Shown in pieces: positions 16,347 to 25,917 of a DNA stretch of 64,000 nt. The notes under the pieces are model-generated. The model saw only the letters and a list, made by a program, of their open reading frames with translations, had not been told where the DNA came from and did not search any database. Location: contig JBAZCA010000005.1 in the NCBI GenBank assembly GCA_041671125.1, positions 21,864 to 85,863 of the forward strand, in the 5' to 3' direction. A program made the position numbers and the translations under genes. Positions within the stretch are counted from its first letter, which is position 1, and every line of letters starts with the position of its first letter. Source of the DNA: Patescibacteria group bacterium (GTDB taxonomy: Bacteria; Patescibacteriota; Patescibacteriia; Patescibacteriales; JBAZCA01).

Positions 16347-19136
16347 ATGCCACGAGAAGAAAAAACAATCAGCGAACCGGTTTTCTCCGTCTGTCCCGAA
16401 TGCGGCGGGTCGGGTGAAATGAAATTAGGCATACCCTGCGGCCACTGCAAAGGCGCCGGCCTCGGAGCCGCGACTGGCGGCCGGATATATTATTGGGGAA
16501 AGAAGCTCTCGCTAATAACTATCCGGATCATCCGTTTAAGAAGAAGTATTTATGTCTTTTTAAATATTTTCGCTTATCTCGCGGGCGTTTCAGGCGTCCT
16601 GGCTTTAGGGTTTTGGGCCTTCTTAAATTATTCTTCGGGAGGCGTTTCGGCGCGTGATTTTTTTATCTGGCAGAAAAAAAACCTCCTTTTACTTTGGTTT
16701 TGGCTTTCGGTCTTTTTTGACATGTTTGTCGTCTATCGCTTAAGCGAGGAAAGTCGGAAATACGGAGAAAGAAGAATTGGCCGGGACGATCCTCTGCCGG
16801 ACGACCCGGGGAAAAAAGGAAAAACGTTTTTTTCGCTGACAAAAAAATTTAAAAAACAGGAGCCGGTTAAAATTGAAGTTTCAAAATATTTCAGCCTGGC
16901 TACGGAAAGGATTATTGAAGACGCCCATCTTCTCGCCCAGTCTCTCGGACATGAGACCGTGGGGGTCAGGCATTTATTTTTAAGTCTTTTGGATGACGAA
17001 AAAACCCTCGCCATGCTGATCCGGCTGGACGCGAATTTAGCGGTTTTAAGGGCGAAAATTGAGAGTCGGCTTTCGGAGCAGGAAAAAAGACCGGCGTTTT
17101 ACGGCTTTCGCGTCCGCGAAGATAATGATTTTAAAAAGGCCATGGTCGCGGCTTATCTTTTTGCCCGGGAACTCGGGCAGGCCGCGGTGAAGCCGATGAA
17201 CTTTATTCTGCCGGTCATAACCCGGGACCGTTACCTTGAAGACCTTTTTTATGAAATGGAAATTGACCGGACAAAAATCGTCAACGCCGTCAGCTGGCTT
17301 AAAGTCAACGAAGAAATGGTTCGGCGCTATAACCGGTTTAGGAGCCAGTCGCGTTTTAAGCCCGGAACCAACATGAACCGGTCTTACACGGCCGTGGCCA
17401 CGCCGCTTCTTGATAATTTCGGCTATGACTTAACAGTCGCGGCTAAATGGGGAAAACTGGATTATTGCGTGGAAAGGGAAAAGGAAACAGCCGAAATTTT
17501 TAGCGCCGTTGATTCGGGGCAATTAGGGGTAATGCTGGTCGGTCCGGCCGGAGCTGGAAAGAAAACTCTGATTCAGGGGATTGCCGAGCTGATGGCTGAA
17601 GAGAACGTGCCGAAAATTTTTCGCGATAAAAGGCTGATTGAAATTGACACTTCGCGGTTAGTTGCCGGCGCGACGGCCGCCCAGGCCGAAGAACGGCTTA
17701 ACGAATTAATTTCCGAAGCCAACCAGTCAGGGAATATAATTTTGGCCATGCGGGATATTGAAAACATCACCGGCATCTCGGCCGGAGGGGAGCAGAGCCT
17801 GGAGCTTTCCGAAGTGCTCGCCAACGCGATTGACCGTAAATTTGTCATTTGCATTGGCACCGCTACCCCGGAAAATTACGCGAAATATTTAGAAGGCAAA
17901 TCGCTAGGGAGCGCCATGGTTAAAGTGGAAGTTAATGAGCCGCAAGGCGACAGGGCCATCCGGATAATTTCAAGCAAAATCGGCCAGCTTGAAAGCCGTT
18001 ACGGGGTGTTTTTTTCCTACGCGGCGCTGGAGCAGGCGGTTGCGGCTACGGGAAAATACATGCACGATAGTTATCTGCCGGCTAAAGCGATTAAAGTTCT
18101 TGAACTGGCGGCCGGCCGGGCGGGAAAAAGGGAAGAGAAAGAAAGAAGGGTAGAAAAAAAAGACATTTTCGGCGTGGTTAGCGAGCTCACCCATATTCCG
18201 GTAAGCTCAGCCGAGGGAGACGAAAGCCGGAAGCTTTTACGGCTTGAAGAAGAAATTCATAAATACATGGTTGACCAGGTGGAAGCGGTTAATATGGTTT
18301 CGGCGAGCCTCCGGCGGGCGCGGGCGCAGATGACCGAAGGAAAGCGGCCGATCGCGAGCTTCCTTTTTCTCGGGCCGACCGGCGTGGGAAAAACCGAACT
18401 GGCAAAATCCATCGCCCGGGTTTATTTCGGCGACGAAAAATGCATGATTCGGCTGGATATGAGCGAATATCAGCACCCGGATAGCATAAAAAACCTAATC
18501 GGCGCGGAAGGGTTGTCTGGTTACCTTACTGAAGCGGTTCACAAAGCGCCTTTTTCCCTTATTTTGCTTGATGAATTTGAAAAGGCCGACAAGAATATCC
18601 TGAATTTGTTTTTGCAGGTCATGGATGACGGGCGGCTGACTGACGGCGCCGGTCGAACCGTTGATTTTACCAATTCCATAATTATCGCCACGTCCAATGC
18701 CGGAGCTTTGTATATCCAGGACGCCTTGAAAGACGGGGGCGCGGCGGATTATGAAGTGATCAAAGAGACCCTAATCAACGAACATTTAAACAAAGTCATG
18801 CGGCCGGAATTGATAAACCGTTTTGACGGCCTTGTCGTTTTTAAGCCTTTGAGCGAGCAGGATGTCATTGACATAACCCGGCTGATGGTTAACAATCTCG
18901 GCAGGAGGCTTTCGGAAAAAGGCATCGGCCTGGAAGCTTCGGAAGAAGGGATAAAAATTCTCGCTCATGAAGGTTTTGACCCGAAATTCGGCGCCCGGCC
19001 GCTCCGCCGCCTTTTACAGGACAAAATTGAAAATATTATCGCCAACAAAATTCTAGCCGGTGAATTAAGAAGAAGAGATAAGGTAGTGATCGGCGAAAAG
19101 GCGGAAATTGAAGTTGTTAAAGGGAAGAAATTATAA
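16347..19136 (+). CDS. Membrane-anchored ClpA/ClpB-family AAA+ ATPase with N-terminal DnaJ-type zinc finger
   Basis: CPECGGSGE..CGHCKGAG, then TM helices and Clp_N-like repeats. D1 has atypical GPAGAGKK and ILAMRDIE. D2 is canonical: GPTGVGKT, LILLDEFEKA, GARPLRR. Confidence 0.8.
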   Translation: MPREEKTISEPVFSVCPECGGSGEMKLGIPCGHCKGAGLGAATGGRIYYWGKKLSLITIRIIRLRRSIYVFLNIFAYLAGVSGVLALGFWAFLNYSSGGVSARDFFIWQKKNLLLLWFWLSVFFDMFVVYRLSEESRKYGERRIGRDDPLPDDPGKKGKTFFSLTKKFKKQEPVKIEVSKYFSLATERIIEDAHLLAQSLGHETVGVRHLFLSLLDDEKTLAMLIRLDANLAVLRAKIESRLSEQEKRPAFYGFRVREDNDFKKAMVAAYLFARELGQAAVKPMNFILPVITRDRYLEDLFYEMEIDRTKIVNAVSWLKVNEEMVRRYNRFRSQSRFKPGTNMNRSYTAVATPLLDNFGYDLTVAAKWGKLDYCVEREKETAEIFSAVDSGQLGVMLVGPAGAGKKTLIQGIAELMAEENVPKIFRDKRLIEIDTSRLVAGATAAQAEERLNELISEANQSGNIILAMRDIENITGISAGGEQSLELSEVLANAIDRKFVICIGTATPENYAKYLEGKSLGSAMVKVEVNEPQGDRAIRIISSKIGQLESRYGVFFSYAALEQAVAATGKYMHDSYLPAKAIKVLELAAGRAGKREEKERRVEKKDIFGVVSELTHIPVSSAEGDESRKLLRLEEEIHKYMVDQVEAVNMVSASLRRARAQMTEGKRPIASFLFLGPTGVGKTELAKSIARVYFGDEKCMIRLDMSEYQHPDSIKNLIGAEGLSGYLTEAVHKAPFSLILLDEFEKADKNILNLFLQVMDDGRLTDGAGRTVDFTNSIIIATSNAGALYIQDALKDGGAADYEVIKETLINEHLNKVMRPELINRFDGLVVFKPLSEQDVIDITRLMVNNLGRRLSEKGIGLEASEEGIKILAHEGFDPKFGARPLRRLLQDKIENIIANKILAGELRRRDKVVIGEKAEIEVVKGKKL

Positions 19137-19172
19137 CCCCTCACCCAGGGTGAGGCAGATCTTGTAAAGATT

Positions 19173-20246
19173 ATGAATTATTATTTAATTATATTCATAG
19201 CGATATTTTTTCTTTCAATAGCCTGCGTTATACTGGTTAAATATCTGGCTGTTAAAACTGATATGGTTGACCGGCCGGTTTTAGGAAGAAAAATCCATAA
19301 AAACGCTATTCCCTTATTAGGCGGGATGGCGGTTTTTTTAGCTTTTTTTTCCGGGCTCTGGTTCGCGAAAGATAGACTGCTCTCCGGCAGTCTTGAACCT
19401 GGGCATTTTATCGGATTTTTTTTCGGCGCGCTCATATTAATGGTTGGCGGATTCCTTGACGATAAATATGACTTAAAACCGGGCCAGCAGATTATTTTTC
19501 CAGTACTCGCGGCGTTGGCGGTTATCGCCGGCGGGGTGGGAATTGAAAAAGTAACCAATCCCTTCGGCGGATTGCTCCTCCTTAACGCCTTAAAAATTCC
19601 GGTTTTTACTTTCGGAGGCATAACTTATTATTTTATTCTGATCTCCGATTTGTTCGTGTTTCTTTGGCTTATGGGCATGATGTACACGACGAAAATTCTT
19701 GACGGCCTTGACGGGCTCGTTGCCGGAGTGACGGCCATCGGCAGTTTTATCATTTTCCTTTTTACCATGACGACAAAGTATTACCAGCCGGACGTAGGGC
19801 TCGCCGCCCTAATCCTTTCAGCCGCCTGCCTTGGCTTCCTGGTTTTTAACTGGCATCCGGCGAAAATATTTTTGGGCGAGGGCGGGTCGCTGTTCTTAGG
19901 TTACGCGCTCGGGACGCTCGCCATAATTTCCGGCGGGAAAATCGCCATCGCCCTGCTAGTATTGGGCATCCCGATTATGGACGTCGCCTGGGCGATTATC
20001 AGGCGGACGCGGGCCGGAAAAAATCCTTTTAAATTCTCTGACCGGGAGCACCTTCACCACAGGCTATTAGACCTCGGTTTCGGACAGCGGAAGACGGTTT
20101 TAATTTACTATTTTCTCTCGGCCGCTTTCGGGCTCTCAGCGCTGTTTTTACAAAGCCGGGGGAAGATTTTAGCCCTTGGCGCGTTGGTTTTGATAATGAT
20201 ATCGCTAGTGGTTCTATTTAATTTTTTAGGAAAGAGGCATCTTTAA
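19173..20246 (+). CDS. Glycosyltransferase family 4 (MraY/WecA-like polyprenyl-phosphate sugar-1-P transferase)
   Basis: LDDKYDL, ILDGLDGLVAG and PAKIFLGEGGS motifs. About 10 TM helices. Confidence 0.8.
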   Translation: MNYYLIIFIAIFFLSIACVILVKYLAVKTDMVDRPVLGRKIHKNAIPLLGGMAVFLAFFSGLWFAKDRLLSGSLEPGHFIGFFFGALILMVGGFLDDKYDLKPGQQIIFPVLAALAVIAGGVGIEKVTNPFGGLLLLNALKIPVFTFGGITYYFILISDLFVFLWLMGMMYTTKILDGLDGLVAGVTAIGSFIIFLFTMTTKYYQPDVGLAALILSAACLGFLVFNWHPAKIFLGEGGSLFLGYALGTLAIISGGKIAIALLVLGIPIMDVAWAIIRRTRAGKNPFKFSDREHLHHRLLDLGFGQRKTVLIYYFLSAAFGLSALFLQSRGKILALGALVLIMISLVVLFNFLGKRHL

Positions 20247-20406
20247 TTATCAATTTACAATGATCAATTTTCAAATATAGGAGTAATCCCGAATATACAA
20301 ATCAAACCCAAATATACGAATATTGCGAAATTTAAAATTCGTATATTAATTTATATTCGTATATTCGGGAATACTCTCCAATTCATTGATCATTGTAAAT
20401 TGATAA
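20247..20406. repeat. 160-nt spacer hairpin
   Basis: ttatcaatttacaatgatcaat (20247-20268) pairs with attgatcattgtaaattgataa (20385-20406). Inner pair is cccgaatatac../..gtatattcggg. Confidence 0.85.
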
Positions 20407-20430
20407 TTGATAATTGATAATTGAATATTT

Positions 20431-21510
20431 ATGGATTTCCATAAACTGCAAAAAACTATCGCGGAAATGAAACTGCCCGCCTTTCGGGAAAGCCAGGTTC
20501 GGCGCGCCTATTATAATGAACTGGCCGGATCTTGGGACGAGGTAACGGTTTTACCGAAAAATTTGCGCCAGGAATTGGTTGAAAAAATCATCTGGGACAG
20601 CCTCGCCCCGGTAAAGGAAGTAAGGGGCGGAGAGGATGTTGTTAAAGCGCTTTTTAGCACGGAAGACGGATGGAAGATTGAGAGCGTCTTAATCCGGCAC
20701 GCCGACGGACGGAATACGGTTTGCGTTTCCTCGCAGGCCGGCTGTCCCTTAGGCTGTATTTTTTGCGCCACCGGGCAGGGCGGATATAAAAGAAATTTAG
20801 AAGCCCATGAGATCGCGGAACAGGCAATCTATTTTGCCCGGATGCTAAAAAATAAACCCCCTCTCAATCTCCCCCTTTTGAAGGGGGAGAAAATTGAACC
20901 CATGGGTGATAAAATAACTAATATAGTTTTCATGGGCATGGGTGAACCAATGCTCAATTACGACAATGTTCTCGCGGCCGTAAAAATATTTAACGATAAA
21001 GAAGGATTGAATTTGGGCGCGCGCCGGATTTCAGTTTCCACCATCGGCATAACCGAGGGCATCCGGAAGCTTATGAAAGAAAACTTGCAGGTAAATCTGG
21101 CCCTGTCGCTTCACGCGCCGAATGACAAACTGCGGGACGAGCTCTGCCCGGTCAATAAAAAATACCCGGTTAAAAAAATCCTTTCCGCCGTTGACGATTA
21201 CATTGAAAAAACTAACCGGCGGGTGATGATAGAATATATCATGTTGGAAAAAATCAATGATTTTCCCGAGCAGGCGCGCGAATTGGCCGAGCTCTTAAAG
21301 GGCCGGAGGCTTTGTTATGTCAACCTGATTGTTTATAACAAGGCGATAACTCTTGATAAAAAACTAAAGCTCAGCCCGAGTTCCCGGGAACGCGTCCAGG
21401 AATTTAAAGCCATCTTAGAAAAAAATAATATCACCGTTACGATCCGCAAAGAATTCGGCGGCGCTATCTGGGCCGCCTGCGGGATGCTGAAAGCGCTGGA
21501 TAAAATTTGA
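20431..21510 (+). CDS. rlmN: 23S rRNA/tRNA adenine-C2 methyltransferase RlmN (radical SAM)
   Basis: SSQAGCPLGCIFCATG radical-SAM cluster motif, MGMGEP, and C-terminal AACG. Carries a repeat-like insert at about 20856-20900. Confidence 0.85.
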   Translation: MDFHKLQKTIAEMKLPAFRESQVRRAYYNELAGSWDEVTVLPKNLRQELVEKIIWDSLAPVKEVRGGEDVVKALFSTEDGWKIESVLIRHADGRNTVCVSSQAGCPLGCIFCATGQGGYKRNLEAHEIAEQAIYFARMLKNKPPLNLPLLKGEKIEPMGDKITNIVFMGMGEPMLNYDNVLAAVKIFNDKEGLNLGARRISVSTIGITEGIRKLMKENLQVNLALSLHAPNDKLRDELCPVNKKYPVKKILSAVDDYIEKTNRRVMIEYIMLEKINDFPEQARELAELLKGRRLCYVNLIVYNKAITLDKKLKLSPSSRERVQEFKAILEKNNITVTIRKEFGGAIWAACGMLKALDKI

Positions 21511-21541
21511 TTTTTGCTTTAAAATAAGCTATAATATTATT

Positions 21542-21745
21542 ATGTATAATTGGTCAGTTGACACAACCGAATTAAAAAAAGATAAGAATCAATACGCGGT
21601 CTGGCGGCTGGAGCAGATGGTTAACTTCGGTTTGGGCGGGAAAAAAGTAAAACGCAAAGAACTGAAAAAATACTGGAAAGTGATTAGTCTTGATCCCCTA
21701 AAAAGGAAATATCTGAAAATGCTTTTATGGCCGGAACAATCTTAA
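21542..21745 (+). CDS. Small conserved hypothetical protein
   Basis: MYNWSVDTTELKKDKNQYAVWRLEQMVNFGL.. This type of short protein is familiar from CPR genomes next to AbiEii-like genes (memory only). Confidence 0.35.
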   Translation: MYNWSVDTTELKKDKNQYAVWRLEQMVNFGLGGKKVKRKELKKYWKVISLDPLKRKYLKMLLWPEQS

Positions 21746-22072
21746 GCCTGAATCAAATCAAGATTCTTGAGACAGTGAGCGGCGATGACGAAATTTGCCG
21801 GAGTTTTTACCTTCTATCAAAAACCTCGTTCAAGGGATTTTATTGACCTCTATTTGATTATAAAAAAAACCGGCTGGAAAATTGACGGTCTGGTAAAAAG
21901 CGCCAAGGTTAAATTTGACTGGCACGTTGATTACTTGCAGCTGGGTAGCCGATTTATGCTCGCTCCGGCAGCAAAGGATTATCCGCGGATGATTTTAAAA
22001 ATAAAAAACGAAGACTGGCAAAATTTTTTTATAGAACAGGCGAAAAGTTTTAAAGGAAAAATAATAATATAA
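21745..22072 (+). pseudogene. Degraded nucleotidyltransferase AbiEii/AbiGii-like toxin gene
   Basis: Frame 1 reads SLNQIKILETVSGDDEICRSFYL (typical N-terminus) and then stops. Frame 2 continues with the C-terminal-type ..RSRDFIDLYLIIKK.. The NTase core is missing. Confidence 0.45.
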
Positions 22073-22371
22073 TTTTAACCGTTCTTTCCGGCAGTTTTAG
22101 AATTAATTTTTCCTTAACAGATCTAATGCTATAATCTTAAAAGGATTGGCGTTGGATAGTTGTAGCAGATTTTTTTGTATTTAAACGCCTTGATCTTTTT
22201 AAAAAAGCGCCCGACCTTGACAAAAAGGCCGTTTTTTGTTAGGGTAAAGGGTCGTGTTTTGATATTTTTTCGGTAATTTTACCGTTATTTTTTTAAATAA
22301 TTGGAAGTTTTTTCGGCTCTTTTTCAAAAGAATCCCTAACCCGAGGCATTGCCTCAGAGAGGAACGGAAGC

Positions 22372-23583
22372 GTGAGCTTAGTGAAAGAAGCGACGATGGC
22401 AAGAGGAATAGCGGTTGAGATGCCTGCTTACAAAGAGGCGACTCCCGCTAAAGTTGATGTGAACATCAGGCGCGCAGTGGACAGCCTGGAATCGGGACGA
22501 CGGTGGACATACGTCGTTGTTGAGATGCTTGTCTATTTACTTTTTCCCCTTCTCGTCGGCTGTGGGTTGGCCTTGTTTTTCCCAGGTCATTGGTTTTTGT
22601 GCGCCTTGACCGGCATGCTACTTTTGCTTTGGCCATTCCTAAAAGGAAAGGCCGGGGTAGTTGTGGCTCGTCGAAGGAAGTTGGTTGACCCCAGGCATGG
22701 GATCCGTTCGTCGAGTTTCTGGTATGACGGGTTCATGTTTGTTGGTTCACCCGGACTCCGTCAGATCCGACGATACAGTGCCCTCTCAAAATCTTTGGAC
22801 ATGATTTATAACTACTTCGGGCGTTTTGGAGTTCTGCCTGAGGGTATGTCCAAAGACTGGTGGGAAAAATTGACCCCGCTCAAGCCCGTCAACTGGCTGG
22901 TTAAGGCATGGACCAGCTTCTGGATCGGCATGCCCATCGCGCAGGATGTCCGGTCGCGACTTAACATTGTTGCCGAGGAGTTTGCTCGGCAGGTAGTTCG
23001 GAAATGGGACGAGATTGGCGGCATCCGGCCGGTCAGGGTAGTCGTTTTGGCCGGGGGTACTCTGCAGGACATCATCATCGGGGTATCTCGGGCAAGGGAA
23101 ATCTGCCCTGAAATTTTGCTCGAAGTGGTTTCGGTCGAGCCGGACGGACTTTTTTCAGTGAAAAGGTTCCGGAAACTCCTTAAGTATTACGGAGTACCCG
23201 CCGAATTTTTTCAGTGCGTCATGAAGAAAGTCTCCACCAACCCCGAAAAACGAGCCACGCTTCGTGAGGTGGTTGAAAATGCAGGTCATCGGTTTACTAA
23301 TTTTGATATGGTGATCTGTATCGGGCTGGGTGACTATATGTATGGGGAAAAAATCTATGACTTTATCCGGATGTTGGATAACGGTGGTGGCACTATCATC
23401 ACCGCTAACATCACGGACAATTTCGTGGAGCGTTTTTTCCTACACATCTTCATCCAGTGGCCAAGGATGCAATATCTCGCCTTGGCTCAGTATCTCCATG
23501 TGCTCGACACAGTTCTTCCTGACCGCAAGGTGTCGATCATTCAAACGCCGCACAGCATCTTCAACATCGCGGTGATTGAGTGA
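22372..23583 (+). CDS. Membrane-associated class I SAM-methyltransferase-like protein
   Basis: Two N-terminal TM helices. Rossmann-like VVVLAGGTLQD, VVSVEPD, FDMVICIGLGDYM. Weak call. Confidence 0.4.
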   Translation: MSLVKEATMARGIAVEMPAYKEATPAKVDVNIRRAVDSLESGRRWTYVVVEMLVYLLFPLLVGCGLALFFPGHWFLCALTGMLLLLWPFLKGKAGVVVARRRKLVDPRHGIRSSSFWYDGFMFVGSPGLRQIRRYSALSKSLDMIYNYFGRFGVLPEGMSKDWWEKLTPLKPVNWLVKAWTSFWIGMPIAQDVRSRLNIVAEEFARQVVRKWDEIGGIRPVRVVVLAGGTLQDIIIGVSRAREICPEILLEVVSVEPDGLFSVKRFRKLLKYYGVPAEFFQCVMKKVSTNPEKRATLREVVENAGHRFTNFDMVICIGLGDYMYGEKIYDFIRMLDNGGGTIITANITDNFVERFFLHIFIQWPRMQYLALAQYLHVLDTVLPDRKVSIIQTPHSIFNIAVIE

Positions 23584-23625
23584 TGTTTCTTGCGACAGGG
23601 GAGGGACTCGTGGATGGACGCTTTC

Positions 23626-23673
23626 GGCCCGGGTGTGTTATAATCAACACAGCACCCGGGCCTCATTTTTTTT
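23626..23673 (+). terminator. Rho-independent terminator
   Basis: ggcccgggtgtgtt..aacacagcacccgggcc stem followed by tttttttt. Confidence 0.65.
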
Positions 23674-23679
23674 AAAAGC

Positions 23680-25899
23680 ATGAATTTTTTTGCAATTTCA
23701 GCCCTTGTTAATTTTTTTACCAGCCTGATTTTAGGAGTGTTTGTGATTCTTAAAAGCCGAAGCTCCAAGAATTTTAGTTTTTTCGTTTTTTGTTTTTTCG
23801 TGGCAGTCTGGAGTCTCGGATACTACTTTTGGCAGATTGCGGACGATGGAATCTCCGCGTTATTTTGGTGCCGGGCTCTAATGGCGTTCGCTATATTTAT
23901 CCCGGTTTCTTACCTCCACTTTGTTTACGCCTTAGTTGACCTAATAGATAAAAGAAGGAAATTTTTGATTTTTAGTTATGTACTTTTTTCTTTGTTTTTG
24001 CTAGGGGATTTTACCCCTTACTTCATCTCTCACGTTGAACCCTTGTTAAAATTTAAATTTTGGCCTATCGCGGGTCCGCTTTATACTTTATTTCTATTGG
24101 TGTGGTTTTTTTATGTTGTATATTCCACTTATTTATTATTTGATAAATATAGGAAATCATTGGGTATTATAAGATTGCAAATAAAATATGTAATGCTCGG
24201 TATGATTATCGGTTTTGCCGGCGGTTCAACTAATTATTTTTTGTGGTATCGAATACCAATTCTTCCGGTCGCGAATATTTTAGTATCAGTTTATGTAGCA
24301 TCTATCGCCTACGCCATCATCCGCTACCGGCTGATGGACATCCGGATTGTTGCGCGGCGGATTTTTATTTATTTTGGCGCCGGGGCGTTTACCTACGGCT
24401 TTTTTTATTTTACCATCTGGCTTTATAGCCGGGCTTTTGGCGGCATTTTTTCTTCGGGAGCTTACGCGGCCGGACTGGTCGTCGCCCCGGCTTTTGTTTT
24501 CGGCTTTTACCGGCTGGATAACGGGCTGAAAAGATTCGCCAACAAGTATTTATTCGCATCGCTCTATAACTATCAGGAAACAATCAATAAACTTACTGAT
24601 GAACTGAATAATTATATTGACTTAAATAAAGTTATCAGCCTTATCGTGGACACGATTAAAAAAACCATGCAATTGGATCGGGCGGGAGTTCTTCTTGTTA
24701 ACGCCGAAACCAGGCCGATAAGCTACCAGATCGCCAAAGTCATCGGCTTTAACCGACAAAACGGCATATCGCTTGTTCAGGATAATTTTTTGACCCGGCA
24801 GTTGGAAAAAACCCAGAAGCCTCTGGTGCGGGATGAGCTTACGCTTCTTTCCCGGGACGCGAGAATACTCAAAGATAAAAAAAGCATAGAGACTCTGCAC
24901 GCCCATATGAAAAAAATTGAAGCGTCGCTCTGCCTGCCCCTGATGAGCGGTAAAAAGCTGATCGGCATAATCGTCCTTGGCGCGAAGATTTCCGGCGACG
25001 CCTATACGTCGGAAGATCTGGAACTTTTAAACACCCTGTCAAAGCAGGCCGGTATCGCGGTTGAAAACGCGAGGCTCTATAAAAAGATAGAGGATTTTTC
25101 GGAAACGCTTCAAGAGAAAGTGGATGAGCAGACAAAAGATATAACCGCGAAAAAAGAAGCGCTGGAGAAAAAAACTAAAGACCTTGAAGAAAATAACGCT
25201 TACATGAAAAAACTCCTGGCCATGCGGTCGGAGTTTTTGGATACCGCCTCGCATCAGCTTCGCACTCCGGTTTCAGTAATTAAGGGAATGCTTTCCATGA
25301 TTTTAGAGGGCGATATGTCAAAGGAAAACATAGATAAATTTATGAAAGCCTCTTTTGAAAAATCCATTAAGCTCGGTGAAATAATCAATGATATATTAAG
25401 GGCTTCGGAAACAGAAAGCGAGAAATTTAACCTGAAGTTTGAAAAAGCTGACATTAAGGCTATTTTAGAAAAAATAATTGAAGACAAGAGAATCCTCGCT
25501 GATAAAAAAGGCTTAAGTTTTAAGCTCACGGTCGCCGGAAAACTTTCGCCGGTTATGATTGACGAAAAATATATGAGCGAGGCTATTGGCAACCTTATTG
25601 ACAACTCTATTAAATACACGGTCAAGGGCGGGGTGTTTATTAAGGCCGAGGAAAAAGAAAGGATAATTTTTATAAGAGTGAGCGATACCGGCATCGGCAT
25701 ACCAAAAGAAGACGAGCCAAAACTCTTTGACAAATTCGTCCGGGCGAAAAACGCCGTAAACGCTTACGCCGACGGAACCGGACTCGGACTCTATATCGTA
25801 AAAAAGATTGTTACAATGCATAAGGGCGCGAGTATTGAAATAGAATGGACGGAGGAAAACCGGGGCACGACGTTTTTAATAAAATTGCCAGTGGCGTGA
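23680..25899 (+). CDS. Sensor histidine kinase (7TM N-terminal domain, GAF-like, HisKA, HATPase_c)
   Basis: H-box ASHQLRTP, N-box IDNSIKYT, G1 DTGIGI, G2 GTGLGLYIV. Six or seven N-terminal TM helices. No response regulator nearby. Confidence 0.85.
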   Translation: MNFFAISALVNFFTSLILGVFVILKSRSSKNFSFFVFCFFVAVWSLGYYFWQIADDGISALFWCRALMAFAIFIPVSYLHFVYALVDLIDKRRKFLIFSYVLFSLFLLGDFTPYFISHVEPLLKFKFWPIAGPLYTLFLLVWFFYVVYSTYLLFDKYRKSLGIIRLQIKYVMLGMIIGFAGGSTNYFLWYRIPILPVANILVSVYVASIAYAIIRYRLMDIRIVARRIFIYFGAGAFTYGFFYFTIWLYSRAFGGIFSSGAYAAGLVVAPAFVFGFYRLDNGLKRFANKYLFASLYNYQETINKLTDELNNYIDLNKVISLIVDTIKKTMQLDRAGVLLVNAETRPISYQIAKVIGFNRQNGISLVQDNFLTRQLEKTQKPLVRDELTLLSRDARILKDKKSIETLHAHMKKIEASLCLPLMSGKKLIGIIVLGAKISGDAYTSEDLELLNTLSKQAGIAVENARLYKKIEDFSETLQEKVDEQTKDITAKKEALEKKTKDLEENNAYMKKLLAMRSEFLDTASHQLRTPVSVIKGMLSMILEGDMSKENIDKFMKASFEKSIKLGEIINDILRASETESEKFNLKFEKADIKAILEKIIEDKRILADKKGLSFKLTVAGKLSPVMIDEKYMSEAIGNLIDNSIKYTVKGGVFIKAEEKERIIFIRVSDTGIGIPKEDEPKLFDKFVRAKNAVNAYADGTGLGLYIVKKIVTMHKGASIEIEWTEENRGTTFLIKLPVA

Positions 25900-25917
25900 T
25901 TTTTTGTATTTTAATGT

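Noticed and set aside
22372-23583. Impression that this gene is compositionally foreign (higher GC)
   Set aside because: A hand count of one line gave about 57% GC, versus about 53% for a nearby rlmN line. The difference is too small to claim without proper computation.
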